A stretch of 64,000 bases of DNA from Heteronotia binoei (Eukaryota): contig NC_083237.1 in assembly GCF_032191835.1 (NCBI RefSeq), positions 40,176,001 through 40,240,000 of the forward strand. The letters are read 5' to 3'. This document shows positions 48,609-61,593 of this stretch, piece after piece. The notes below the pieces were generated by a model. It made no database searches. It worked only from the letters and a program-made list of their open reading frames with translations, and was not told the DNA's origin. Both the position numbers and the translations under genes were made by a program. Each line of letters starts with the position of its first letter. Position 1 is the stretch's first letter.

Positions 48609-49636
48609 TATTTTTTAACCCTTCCAAGCAATTGGTGTTTTTTTTAATGGTTGGGATTTAATTTGAGCTTTTTTCCATGTGGCTATGGGCATGAGAGAAA
48701 CTTTGACAGAGCACAAACAAAGGGCTTTTACCTGCTCCTACTAGATACTCAATAATTCAGGTTGCAAGCGGTGGTTTCTGTGGGGATTGTTGTAACCCCA
48801 AATTCCAAAATTGGCGCAAAACCTCAAAGCCAAAAAAAAAAATGTCTATAGATATAATTATGATTTTTGTTGTTGTGGTTTTCACTGCTTACTCCACCTT
48901 TCAATAAAATGGAGATAATAGGTGTTAGCCCATCTATTTAAATGTGGGAATGTGCTAATATATATATATAAATTTGTTGGGGTAAATAGAAACCCCAGCA
49001 TCTATTATACATAGTTCTTTCATTTTCAAGCCAAGTCTATTGGGGGCCAGATGGACCTCATTTACCATTTTGATGAACCTAAAAGTCAAAAAAAGAAAGG
49101 CAGTGGGGAGGGGAGAGAAGTACTTCAGGGCACTGCAGTTCATTGAGGAGAAGGTTCAACAGGAGTTTGGTGCCTGCAGAAAACTTTAAATGGGTAAACC
49201 ATTTTTTCCCATGACTTTCTGGGTCAAAACAACAACAACCTGATTGCTTGGGAGGGTTAAGCTAGTATCAAAGGTTGTGTTGATGTTTTATTACTTTGTT
49301 GTCATTGTGTAACTGTATTATTCTTCACAGAGACCTGCTAACTAAGGGCTGGTTCTTCCAAGACTTTTTGTACTCACAGGTAAATCTCTACATCCACACC
49401 AAACAAATGCATTTTTAAAAAAGAATGGAATGTATCAATTCACATAGCCATATTCCATATTGGATGTGGAACTCAGATGTTTTATACTCAGGAATTCATA
49501 CCAATACCCAAAAGTCTTGTAGGAACTAGCCCTAAGGATTCATAACCATCATCACAGCACTTTCTCTTTCAAAGTCCTCCAATGCATTATGGAGTCAGTG
49601 ACCAAGGTTTTGTTTTTGTTGTCTATCCATAGAGCA

Positions 49637-50578
49637 ATGGAGAACCAGACACAGCTGCATCAGTTTATTCTTGTGGGTCTGACAAAAGACTACCAAAAGC
49701 AACTTGTTCTCTTCATACTTTTCCTGCTGCTCTATGTTGCCAGTTTGCTGGGCAATGGCATCATTTTGGCTGTAGCACTGGTAGAGCCTCGGCTTCATAC
49801 TCCCATGTATTTTTTCCTAGGCAATCTCTCCTTTCTAGACATATTTTACTCCACTGTTACTGTGCCAAAAATGCTGAATGGCTTATTAATAGAGAACCAA
49901 ACAATTTCATTTATTGGGTGCCTCACTCAACTGCACTTCTTCCACTTCCTGGGAAGTAGTGAGGCTCTGGTTTTGGGTGTTATGGCTTTTGACCGCTGTG
50001 TGGCTATATGCAACCCTCTACGTTACACTGTCATCATGAATAAATGGACTTGCTTCCTCCTAGCTGGGGTTACATGGTGTATTGGATTTTTTCATTCTCT
50101 GATGCACACAATGGTGACTTCACAGCTATGGTTTTGTGGTCCCAATCATGTCTACCACTTTTTCTGTGACATCAAACCCCTGCTAAAATTGACCTGTAGT
50201 AGTATCACCCTCAATATCATCCTTCTTAATACTGTCACTGGTTCTCTTGCTCTAGCTCCCTTCTTCTTCATTCTTCTCTCCTATATCTATATTTTCTTCT
50301 TCCTCTTCTTTAAAGTCAAGTGTTCACTAAGCCGTTGGAAAGCCTTCTCCACCTGTGCTTCCCACCTGACAGTCGTGACTGTTTTCTACATTCCAGCTCT
50401 TTCCAATTACATGCTTGCCTCCGCTGGTGGGTCTTATGAAAGAGACATGATTATTACTTTGTTGTACAGTGTAGTCACTCCAGTTTTAAACCCTCTCATC
50501 TACACTCTGAGGAATCAGGAAGTAAAATCAGCTCTCAAAAATATTCTAAGCAGAAAACTCTTCTCTGGGCAGATATAG
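49637..50578 (+). CDS. Olfactory receptor, OR12D-like, intact (313 aa from MENQTQ)
   Basis: Complete OR motifs. The start was chosen by homology to the other MEN-x-T starts and the upstream acceptor (ccatag|agcaATG). It has FDRC. Confidence 0.93.
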   Translation: MENQTQLHQFILVGLTKDYQKQLVLFILFLLLYVASLLGNGIILAVALVEPRLHTPMYFFLGNLSFLDIFYSTVTVPKMLNGLLIENQTISFIGCLTQLHFFHFLGSSEALVLGVMAFDRCVAICNPLRYTVIMNKWTCFLLAGVTWCIGFFHSLMHTMVTSQLWFCGPNHVYHFFCDIKPLLKLTCSSITLNIILLNTVTGSLALAPFFFILLSYIYIFFFLFFKVKCSLSRWKAFSTCASHLTVVTVFYIPALSNYMLASAGGSYERDMIITLLYSVVTPVLNPLIYTLRNQEVKSALKNILSRKLFSGQI

Positions 50579-51149
50579 ATAGATAACACTGAGTATACTG
50601 ATTAAACTCATATAGATGAAGAAGTAAAAGCAGTTCCCAAGATTGTTGCATTTTTGCATGATGAATGATTTGCAGGTATGAATTGCCACGACCTTGTCCA
50701 AGTGAACTGCAATCAAGAGCACAGCTAATGGTGGAGAAACCTGACACAGAACTATAGTAACCAAGAAAGAAGTTTTACCAAAAGTTAGTTATTCCTGAAC
50801 ACCAATCTATCTGTTCTTCCATGATGTCTAAACTGAGAAGAATAACATACCTGAGCAATGTTACCTATCTACAAAGTCTTAATGGCCTTGGACCCACACA
50901 ACTATGCAACTTCATTTTCTCCTAAACTCTACCAGGACAGTATTGCTCATGTGAGCAAAGCCTTCTGAAAATGCCAGTTTGATGATGAAGGTTAGCCACT
51001 GCATATTTGTGTTCATTTTATGTGTTGTTTCCAATGTGGAATGGTCTGCCTGTGGACCTCCTCCGTCATTCAGCAGAACATGCAAAATTTTAAATGTTCA
51101 GGAGGGAATTTTTATTAGAGGTTAGAACTATAATAGAATTAAACAGTTT

Positions 51150-51426
51150 TAGAGGGTGTAGTGGTTAAGTGTGCGGACTCTTATCTGGGAGAACAGGGTT
51201 TGATTCCCCACGCCTCCACTTGCTGCTGCTGGAATGGGCTTGGGTCATCCATAGCTCTTGCAGAAGTTGTCCTTGAAAGGGCAGCTTCTGGGAGAGCTGT
51301 CTCTGCCCCATCTACCTTACAGTGTGTCTGTTGTGGGGGGGAAAGATAAAGGAGATTGTAAACTGCTCTGAGACTCTGATTCAGAGAGAAGGGCAGGGTA
51401 TAAATCTGCAGTCTTCTTCTTCTTCT
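51150..51426 (+). mobile_element. Squam3-like SINE with (TCT)n tail
   Basis: gtgtagtggttaagtgtgcggactcttatctgggagaacagggtttgattcccc…ataaatctgcagtcttcttcttct. Confidence 0.8.
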
Positions 51427-52814
51427 AGCTTGTATTATAGCCATCAATTTGCTTTTACAGGATTATCTACTTTTGTTATTCCACTTTCTGAATCATTTAT
51501 AGTATATTCACTTCAGACAATTTGCTGGTTGCATTGTTTTCTGTATAATTGCATTGTTTGTTGCTTGTTTTATGGTATCTGATTGCATTGTTTAACGTTC
51601 TGTAATCTACCTTGGGTAAGAAAGGTGGGGTATTAATAAAGTAAGTAAATAAACATAACTGTATTATGGTGGGGTATTAATAAAGTAAGTAAATAAACAT
51701 AACATACAGCAACCACAGACAAGTTGTGATTTATGCTTCTGTTATGTACATTAGAAATGTCAGTCAGTAGCTGAAGCAAAATCCCAGATACAATAACACA
51801 AAGTCTTCCATCTGAGATTACAGGGGAAATAATAATTTCAGCAGGGAAAATAATAATTTATGTTGTTACTGGGAAGTCCTGGGCAAGGACACTCCAGTTC
51901 TCTGCATTGGGGTGGGGGGTGAGGGTGCGGTGTGGAGGATACTGCAGCATCCATTAAAATCTTAAAGCTGGTAGTCACTTTTGAAACCCATAGCTTTATT
52001 TTCTGGTATTCCTGCCATAGACAATCATAGCTTCCATTTCAAACTGGGGGGGGGGGGGGGGAAGCATTCTGCAGATAACCCAGGCCTGATTTACTTCTTT
52101 TTGATACTGTAGCTCCCATGGTCATTCTGAAACCAGTGTCCAATTTCAGGCCTCTCAGCTTAAGTTTTGCATAATTATGTCTGCCACAAACAACTTCCAT
52201 TGCAAATAGTGGGTAGAAGGATTTCCATATAAAGATGTGTCCTCAGTTGCCTTGAAAGTTTCAGTATCTCTTTCTCTCTGTATCAAACTAGATGAAATGA
52301 TGGGATGTCTGTGGTTGAAGTTCTCCCATTAAAAAAACAAACCCTAAAAGTGTCTGGTAGGATTCACCTGCATAAGAGGCACAAGGGGAGGCAGGTTAAC
52401 TTTTCCTCCAATGCTATTTTTTTTAAATTTAAATTATGCCTTCCCCAATGTGATTATGAGAAAACTTAAAATATTTCCAATGGTTTGTACAGTAGGGGAA
52501 AAGATGCAGCTAACCACATCTTTAACCTGAGAAAGCAATGTGTGGTAAGGGTAACACCTACAAACACATTCCAAAGCCACAGCCTCAGTCCAGCTTGGAA
52601 AGCTCAGCATCTGCTGGGAAGCTTTTAAAAATGGTGGAAGATCTGGTCAAGTATCTTCCATTGTCCCATTTCTTCCTCTGACTAAGGTCTTGACAACGTA
52701 TTCCAGTGCAGTGAATAATAAGGAGATTAAGTATACTCCTATTCCTCCACTGGCTGTCTTGTGGTGGACATAGACAGAAATTGAGAATGAAAGAGGCAAA
52801 GCTGGTCCCAGCAC

Positions 52815-52950
52815 CAAAATAGAGGAAGGAGGAAAGCTATAGCAAAATAGAGAAAGGAGGAAATAAAATGGAGAAAGCAAAATAGAGAAAGGAGGAAATA
52901 AAGCAAAAATGGAGAAAGCAAAATAGAGAAAGGAGGAAATAAAATAGAAG
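52815..52950. repeat. Purine-rich tandem repeat (about 35-bp unit)
   Basis: gcaaaatagagaaaggaggaaataaa repeated three to four times. Confidence 0.75.
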
Positions 52951-54564
52951 AAAACTGGCAACAGACCAATCTATTTTTTTTACATGCTAAATTCAACCAA
53001 TGATATTAAGTGTCAGACAGGGGAACTTTAAAGTAAGCGGACTTCCATTGGTTACCATGTTAAGGCTTTATTTGATAATCCAAAAGTTCTGAACAACGAT
53101 ACATTGGAACTGATGCTCTTGGAATGGAGCAAAGATGTTTTAACTAAAAGTACATCAAAGGTTTTCTAAACAAATCTACATTCTCACACTACAGTGATAC
53201 ATTTAACACTTTAGTTTTCTCTTATCTCCTTGCAGTTCTCATTCTCACGGAACAGCCCTGCTGGCTTTCCTTGAGGCATTTTATCTCCAAAGGGTTGTTG
53301 CTTTTGTTAGTACCAAGAACAGGAATTTACAACATGGTTAGTAACATCTTTCTCTCTACTTTGATATGCAGGGTTTCAGTTTGGAGTTAGTAGCAACTGT
53401 TACAAAATGGAGTCAGTTAGGTCAGGCTATACATTGCAGTTTGAATATATCATCATAGCATAACAGTAAAGCTTTCCAGTGTCTGACATTAAGGGCCACA
53501 ACACAGTGAGCTGCAACGAACTCTAAAAGCTGTAATGTTCATCTTTTACAACAGCAAAGATTATGTATGCTATTTTAACACATTTGTATTATTATGTATA
53601 ATCTTGGTCATTAAAATAAATTTCATCCATATAAATGGATTGTCCAAATCATTTTTTAAAAAAAGAATTAATCTCTCTCCAGAGGCTCATAGAATTTATT
53701 CCCATACAGACAATCCCCCCAATGACAACCTACAGCATCTCATAAACAGAGTAAATGAAATAGAGGTTTCTAGACTGCAAAGCGACTCAAGTTTCACTCA
53801 GCAATGATGATTTCTTCATAAATATAAAGCTCCCCTTTATATCCTTTCCAATGTTCTTTGTTCTGTTATCTTGTTGGAAAAGTAGCCTCATCAAGGTATG
53901 AACTAGGATCTAAATATTGTGGGACATTTTACCATGTTGCTAAAACATTTGCAAAAGTTTGATTGGCTGTTTTTCTCTCCCTTTCTCCCCTTATAGGGAG
54001 ACAAAATGGTAAAGATTAGATTCAGGATAGATTCCATTTACCCCTTACTGTTCCAATGTGGTTCACTTTAATCTGAATTCTCTGGGATGTCACAGATGTT
54101 CAATGATGTATCATTGTTGTGTGTTAGACTAGAAAATCTTTAGAGATATTACAAATGTCTTTTCCATATGCCTAAGGCAGTGATTAGCTTTTCTAGAAAT
54201 AGGTAGAAACTTTGAAATACAGGCTTATGTCTTGTGAAAAGGTTGGCTGGATGAAAGGCAATTATTTCCCTACATATCTCTCTTCCCCTGAAATACTTTT
54301 TGGTTCCTAGGGAAAAAAATAATTCTTGGATTGTATGGAGGGGCAAGGGGAGGCAGGGAAGAGATAAAGAGTGGACAAATTCATCTTTTTCTTACCTTCC
54401 CTCAGCACAGCTAAGATTGCGGCAAGGTGCTTTATATTGGAGGAAGCTTAGTGGAACTTTTGGGTTCAAAACAGAGACTGACCAATCTATCATGTTCCCT
54501 GTGCTGACAGAAGAGGGAAGTCGAAGGATTTTCCCCATTCATTTTACCTCCTTGCTTATCTCCC

Positions 54565-54878
54565 GTGGTGGCCCCATGGCGTAGTGGTAAAGCAGCAGTA
54601 CTGCAGTACTGTGATCTGAACTCTCTGCTCACGACCTGAGTTCTATCCCAGCAAAAGCTGGTTCAGGTAGCTGGCCCAAGGTTGACTCAGCCTTCCATCC
54701 TTCCAAGGTCGGTAAAATGAGTACCCAGCTTGCTGGGGGGCGGGGGGAGTGTAAGAGACTGGGGAAGGCAATGGCAAACCACCCCATAAAAAGTCTGCCG
54801 TGAAAACACTGTGAAAGCAACGTCACCCCAGAGTTGGAAACGACTGGTGCTTGCACAGGGGACCTTTTCTTTTTTTCC
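54565..54878 (+). mobile_element. tRNA-derived squamate SINE
   Basis: Same family as 4665-4944, with a 10-bp TSD CTTATCTCCC. Confidence 0.85.
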
Positions 54879-55389
54879 CTTATCTCCCTAACTTGCATTA
54901 ATGTTTATCCACACCAGTTCTGAGATCCCAGGAATAATCTTTCTGGTAAATGAAAGGGATTAGAAGGAAGAGGAGGATGCAGGGGGGAATTAGTGTTCCC
55001 CTGGTGTTTAATAGGATAAAAGTAATTAAACTGAAAACTCAAAAAGAGAGTTCTGATTTGAGAACCTAATGTTAGGTCTAATGAAACATGCCTTTTCTAT
55101 TGCAAGAAAACACCTTGCACTGGAGAAACCCTCCAGTGTTAGTGAAATGAAACAAATGTATCCTACACACAGGGTCTAGCCAAATTGTATCGCAGGGCAT
55201 GGTTGTTGTGGTTGTTGCTATTGTTTTTCTCCTTTTCTGAACAGAACATTTTTTTTGGGGGGGGGGGTTAAGTTGCAGACCACAAGAAAATTTAGATGTT
55301 TAAAACAGTGGATTCACTCATTTGTACTGATGCTTTTAATGTGGTGGTGGGCAGTACTATCAAGTCAAAATCCACTTATGATGACCTGT

Positions 55390-55550
55390 TGGATTTTCAA
55401 GGCAACAGATGGACAGAGGTGGCTTGCTATCACCTGCCTCTGTCTGCATAGTAAAGCAACCCTGGACTTCCTTGGTGGTACTAACTAGGGCCAACCCTTC
55501 TTAGCAGCTAAGATAAGGTGAGGATGGGCCAGCCTAGGCCATTCAGGTCA
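55390..55550 (-). mobile_element. 5S-derived SINE
   Basis: cttggtggtactaactagggccaacccttcttagcagctaagataagg…ggcctagccaggt pattern, which is 5S-like on the minus strand. Confidence 0.6.
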
Positions 55551-55922
55551 GGGTTATTTCTTATATACAAGACAGTACAAATGCTAAACTTGGAACAACT
55601 GCATTGTATGGCTTGGACCCAGCTATCTGTGTAAAGAAGTATTTCCTTTTGTCTGTTCTGAATGTAGCTTTCTCCATACTTAAAAAGAAACAGTAATCAA
55701 TAAATACATGGAGTGGATCAAAACCATAAATAGCATTGGAATTGGGTTTGGATTTGAGTTGAGAACATTTAAATCACCCTTTGTAATGTATATGTTTCCC
55801 TTAAGTCTTGTTACATTCGGTTCCTCCTGCCTTACAAAGTTTGTGTCTTCTGTTCTTATAGTCCTCTGATACAGGTAGATCTCATAGTGATCCAACTGCC
55901 TCTCATTTTTTCTCAGTCAGCA

Positions 55923-56861
55923 ATGGAAAACAAAACAGAGGTGGGTGAGTTCATCTTGATAGGCCTGACTGACCTCTGGGAGCTTCGGATGACACTCTTC
56001 ACTATCTTTCTGCTATTGTACTTAACTACTATACTGGGGAACGGTGCCATTGTGGCTGTAGCAATAACTGAACCACAGCTACACACTCCTATGTATTTTT
56101 TCCTTGGGAATCTTTCCTGCCTAGATATCTTCTATTCCACAGTAACAATTCCAAAGATGCTCGCTGGCTTTCTATCAGAGCTGCAAATTATTTCCTTTAG
56201 CGGTTGCATGACTCAGCTCCACTTTTTCCACTTCTTGGGCAGCAGTGAGGTGATCCTTCTTGGTGTCATGGCATATGATCGCTACGTTGCTATATGCAAC
56301 CCTTTGCGTTACACCATCATTATGAGAAAGCAGATCTGTTTGATCTTGGCTGCAGCCACATGGACCACTGGTTTTTTTCATGCCCTGATGCATGCAGTAA
56401 TGACTGCTCGTCTTCCTTTTTGTGGACCAAACCATGTTGAGCACTACTTCTGTGAAATTAAACCACTGCTGAAACTGGCCTGTGGGAGCACTCATCTAAA
56501 TCTCATGCTTCTCAATACTGTCACCAGCTGCGTTGCTATGGGTCCCTTTGTTGTCACACTGCTCTCCTATTTCTATATTATTATTTTCCTTATTTTCAAA
56601 GTTCATTCGCAAAAGGGTCGGCAAAAAGCCTTCTCAACCTGTGGGTCCCATCTGATGGTGGTGGCTTTGCTCTATGTACCAGTGTTGTTCAATTACATGC
56701 TTCCCTCTGTGGGCTGTGTGGCTCAAAGGGAAATGATGGTAACTATCATATACAGTGCGGTTACCCCAGTTTTGAATCCACTTATATATACACTGAGGAA
56801 TCAGGAGGTAAAAAAAGCCTTACAAAAGATTCTGTGTGGAAAAGTATTCACTGAAAAGTAG
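55923..56861 (+). CDS. Olfactory receptor, OR12D-like, intact (312 aa from MENKTE); the most divergent paralogue here
   Basis: [38 protein letters not shown] and PVLNPLIYTLRN. Acceptor ctcagtcag|caATG. Confidence 0.95.
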   Translation: MENKTEVGEFILIGLTDLWELRMTLFTIFLLLYLTTILGNGAIVAVAITEPQLHTPMYFFLGNLSCLDIFYSTVTIPKMLAGFLSELQIISFSGCMTQLHFFHFLGSSEVILLGVMAYDRYVAICNPLRYTIIMRKQICLILAAATWTTGFFHALMHAVMTARLPFCGPNHVEHYFCEIKPLLKLACGSTHLNLMLLNTVTSCVAMGPFVVTLLSYFYIIIFLIFKVHSQKGRQKAFSTCGSHLMVVALLYVPVLFNYMLPSVGCVAQREMMVTIIYSAVTPVLNPLIYTLRNQEVKKALQKILCGKVFTEK

Positions 56862-58454
56862 TGATCAAACAATCTTCTCCAGATTCTTCACAAGAACATG
56901 CAGTCATTCAAGGAGGAACTACAAATTTCATTATGATTACTATTACAGGAAGAAGACAAGGAGATGGTATACTAGAAATAAACATCAGTTGCTGCTCTGT
57001 GATACTAAATAAGATTAGTGATATGTACTTTGGGAGGGCCATTAATGGAGTCCTTTCCTATTTGTAAAGTCTTTGAGTCAGGTTCAAATTCCCAAATCTT
57101 GGCCCAACTTGAAAAGCTGATCATTTCCAAACCCCTATCCCACTCAGATTTACTTGTCGTGTTCTTTATCCTTCCTAAGTAACAAAAAACTTACCTTTGA
57201 GAAGGAGAGTAACCAAAGGTTTGTTATACATCTGAGATGTCACTTTGGGGACCATCTTTCTTGTAATAATAAAACCTTTCCTATCTCAGGATAATAGGAT
57301 TTAGAGTTATTTCTAACTTTTTAGGTTATTTGTAAGTCAAAGAAATCTTCAAGTATAACCATGGCGAGGAAAGATGGATAGATAAGATAAAATGCATAGT
57401 TGCAAAAAAACAAAAACAAAATGGGAGACAGGGACTTATTGCTTCTTGCTTTGCCAAAAGCAAGTTGTTATTGTGGGGGGTGGAGGCTTTTGGGGAGATG
57501 AATTTCAGAGTCTGGAAAAATGGAATTTTGAAACTTTTTTTTTTGCATATCTCTATCTAGAGCTCAAAAAACTCAGGATTTTTCTACACTTGGTAGGAAT
57601 ACAAGGTGCAAAAAGACTGGGGTGGAGGGCAAGTTCAGAAGATATATCCTCTTCAGTAGATTCATAGTGATGAACAAAATTCTTTTTGCTGGAGATGTGG
57701 AAACTACCACCTCTTAGCCATTTTGCTAATGCCAAGCATTGTTTAGCTTTGTACAAAATGTCTACTGAATGGTAGTTATCATGATCCTTGGTGGCAGAAG
57801 TGGTCAGTTCAAAACTTTGCATTGCTGTGTATTTCTCCCCTTAACAGTTCCTCCAGATAGTTTTAATCTGTTGATTATTTTATTCTATCAAACATATGTA
57901 CATAATTGAAGACTGCAAGAGTTGTATCAAAACTGCTAACATATACTTGAAAACTGATGTTTGTATGATGTAGAAAGAAAAGTGATGAAGCCCAAGGTGG
58001 TATGCCAGAAATCCATTACAAGTCTATTATATCAATGCTTCTGTTCCTATCATTGCTACCACATATGCCAATTGTAGTAGGTCTGATAAATTATTCCGTT
58101 GATGTGGGAGGGAGGATGGAACAGAACACATGCAGTGTGGGGTGCATTTATTTTCCCTTGATGCCCCCAAGACCCTCTCTCCCAAAGGGAATGTCATTTT
58201 TGCTATGGCTTGTTCCCCCATTCTGTACATGTGTACATCTCAATGTATGCCTAAGATTGATGGAAGGAGTCTGAATTAAACTTATGTGGCAGTGAGTCAC
58301 ACCAATAGAAGAATTCAGGTCAACTCCTCTATCAGTCATGCTAATACCCACCCTAAAAGGGATTATATCAACAGTCATTCCCTCCAAGGACCTTGGAGAT
58401 CCTTCTCAACAAATTTGATCTTAACTAATGATCCAGATCCACAAAACAATAAAG

Positions 58455-58590
58455 CAGGGGTGGCCAATGGTAGCTCTCCAGATGTTTTTTGCCTACAACT
58501 CCCATCAGCCCCAGTCATCAGCCATGCTGGCTGGGGCTGATGGGAGTTGTAGGCAAAAAACATCTGGAGAGCTACCGTTGGCTACCCCTG
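58455..58590. mobile_element. Palindromic hAT MITE, 136 bp
   Basis: CAGGGGTGGCCAA…TTGGCTACCCCTG, almost fully self-complementary. 8-bp TSD matching 7/8 (caataaag/caataaat). Confidence 0.85.
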
Positions 58591-60556
58591 CAATAAATAA
58601 TGGGCCAATTCTACTTATTTTCTAGGTATCTTAATAATCAGGAAAAAAGATTACTGTTCTTCCTCACTCATGGGAAGTATCTTGCCATAGATACATACTT
58701 ATCTAACTTCCAGAATTCCCCAAGAGAACACTTTTGATAATCTCATGCTACAAAGGGGAGGATTTCTTCCAAAATACAGACAAAAAAAATCTCCTTTAAG
58801 GCTGATGCATTTTTGAAATACTGACTTTTTATTACATAAGCCAATGTCTTTCCTTTCCTCAGCAACGTCTTTCCTTTCCTCAGCCCTATTCATCATAGCC
58901 AGTAGGGAAATTATCCTGTTACCCAGCTATCTTGGTTGGCCTTTTCTCTTTTGCTTCATGGACTCTCTGTGTCTCCTTCCTCTGCCTGGTCAGTTTCATC
59001 CCCCAACACCTTTTTGTCACTACTAAGGAAAAACACCCTTCTCTTCAGAAACGGGCTTGTATGTTTCCCCCTCCCCATTTTAATTTTATTCCCCAAGTAT
59101 TTGGGCAATTTTTTCTAGGGAAATGTTTTGTGTTGTATCTGTCACCGTTCATGTAAATTGCTTAATTTCATCTCTTTTCTGCACATTACATTTTTTAAAA
59201 ATCCTGTTTAAGAAGTTTATCCTCCCTTGTTCTTTTGAGTGTTGCTCTGAATCAGGACCTTGGTATATACATGCTATATTTCAAATATTTAAATACCTCA
59301 AATACACATGTGCTAGCAAGGGGATGTCTTTGCACATTATGGGTCTTTCACATGTATACTGATTTGGGAAACATCTTCCCTTTCCTTACCCAAACTCCCA
59401 GCACCCCTCAGAGCTGGAGAGTGAGTCAGAGGGTAGAGAGTCAGAGGGTAGAGGAGAGTCAGACATTATTCCACCCAGCCACTTCATATGTTTATTCAAA
59501 AGTCTCACTGAGTGCACTGGAAGTTACTTTCAAAAAATTATTCCATGCTGCCTGAGAAAGTATGGCTTTCCTAATTAGAAATGTTAGTTGCTCTGTCCTG
59601 ATTGCTTCCTAGCCCAGCCTATTGTGCAGCCAGGGACCACATATGACCAGCACTGATTGCTGTGTAACTTATGGCCAGCAAGACAAGCTTCCTCTACCAG
59701 GATATGTCTTGCTTCTGTAGACTTCTTTTTCATCATCATCATCATCATCCTTTTTATTGACCTACGCAGGCATAATATAAAATAAAGACAGACAAAATAT
59801 ACAGTCCGAGATTAAGAACAATCAGCTAATTTATAGCGAAACATGACCCACATAGATTCTTCAAAAAATTACTAACAGCCCTTGTGAATTCAGAAATATG
59901 CAAGCAGAAATGAAAAAAGGCTCAGTGGCTTTAAACATTTTTCAAAACCTGTGAAAATCCTAATTGAGGTGCTGAGGAAGAAACTTATCCAGGGGGGGCA
60001 GTCATGGGCATAAACTAAGCAGGGGCTCTGGGGCTCAAGCCCCTCCCAGATTTTTCCGGCAGGGGCTGAGCCCCCTCTGGGGAACCAACACAGGACTTTA
60101 AATTTTCAAGGAGGAGATTATCTTCAAAGGCATGGATGTGGTGGTAGAGTATGTGTGATTTTCCCTCTGGGCTGCAAAGAAGTCAGTGGTGATCTTACAA
60201 CCTTAGCTTCTTAGAAATGCTAATTGAGCTAGAAGACACAAATGGTTTAGATATTTGGATGGAGAAATTTCTCCTCCCTGGTGCCAGAGGCTAATATGCA
60301 TATTAACCAGTGTTCCTAAGCTCAAATTGTGTAAATCAATACATTGGCAGGAAGTGGGGAGATCTGGTAACTTTCTGACAATAGCTTTTGCTATTTCTTC
60401 AAGCCTGTGATTGTTTACATTCATTTAAGTGGATGCTGAACCAGATCCTTTTGAAAATTAATGGCCCCAGCAAGCCTATTTTTTTTTCCAAAATGACTAC
60501 ACTCTTAAAGACTTGGTCAAGTAGGTGTGTATTGACAATTGTTCACCACCTAGGCA

Positions 60557-61311
60557 TAGTGTTGCAAATCCCTAGCTGGAGTCAAGGGGTCCCCCAGTTT
60601 GGAGGCCCTTTCCCTGCTTCAAGGTCATCAGAAAACAGCGGGGGTGGGGGGAGGGAAATGTCTGCTGGACACCAGTGTTTCCTCTAAGCTGAGTTAATGT
60701 GAGCTAGCTCACAATTTTTTAGCCTCCAGTTCACAAATTTTTGTCTTGGCTCAGGAAAAATGGCCCAAGAGCAAACTAATCTATGCAGTAGCTCATAACT
60801 TGAATGCCAGTAGCTCACAACTTGAATGCCACTAAATCACAAAGTAGAATTTTTGCACACAAGACTCCAACAGCTTAGAGGGAACATTGCTGGACACTCT
60901 ATTATTCCCTAAGGAGATTGATTCCCATAGGATATAATGGTGAATTGATCTGTGGGTATCTGGAGCTCTGGAGGGCCTGCTTTTGAGACAGAGGAACCAA
61001 ATTTTCAGCATAGCATCCGGTGCCTCTCTTCAAAGCACCATCCAAGTTTCAAAAACATTGGACCAGGGGATCCAATTCTATGAGACCCAAAAGAAGGTGC
61101 CTCTATTTTCCATCATTTCCAATGGAGGGAAGGCATTGAAAAGTTGTGGAGTCCCTTTAAATGTGATGGCCAGAACTCCCTTTGGAGTTCAATTGTGCTT
61201 GCCACAATGTTGCTTCTGGTGCCATCCCAATATCTTCTGGCTCCACTCCAAAGTCTCCTGGCTCCACCCCCAAAGTCCTCAGATATTTCTTGAATTGGAC
61301 TTGCAACCCTA
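60557..61311 (-). mobile_element. hAT MITE (reverse copy of the 47807 family) containing a nested MITE
   Basis: tagtgttgcaa…ttgcaacccta with TSD cctaggca/cctaggta. Confidence 0.8.
60673..60889. mobile_element. Nested hAT MITE, 217 bp
   Basis: TIRs CAGTGTTTCCTCTAAGCTG…CAGCTTAGAGGGAACATTG and an exact 8-bp TSD CTGGACAC. Confidence 0.88.
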
Positions 61312-61593
61312 CCTAGGTAGCTACAACTAAAATGAACTGGTTCCTAAGCATAGTACTACTATTAAATGTGACTTGCACCATGAACCTAAGAGCTTAGTAC
61401 ACATCTGGCAAACATAGTTCAATAAAAGAAAAGAGTTGGAGAATTTAAGTTGTAGGGTAAATGTATTTTTTGCAGTAGTTGAACAGAGCAAACAAAACAA
61501 AATAAAAAGAATCTGGATTTCAGAAAATGTACAGGATTACACTTTGCTTGGATGAGAGACAACAGATACATTCCTCATATCATTAAATCATTT

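Noticed and set aside
49589-49636. N-terminal extensions of the predicted ORs (also 55887-55922)
   Set aside because: They overlap the polypyrimidine tract and acceptor of the 5' UTR intron; the homologous start is the downstream MEN codon.
51155-51215. tRNA-like sequence (also the heads of the 4665, 41221 and 54565 SINEs)
   Set aside because: No complete cloverleaf; each continues into a SINE core and tail.
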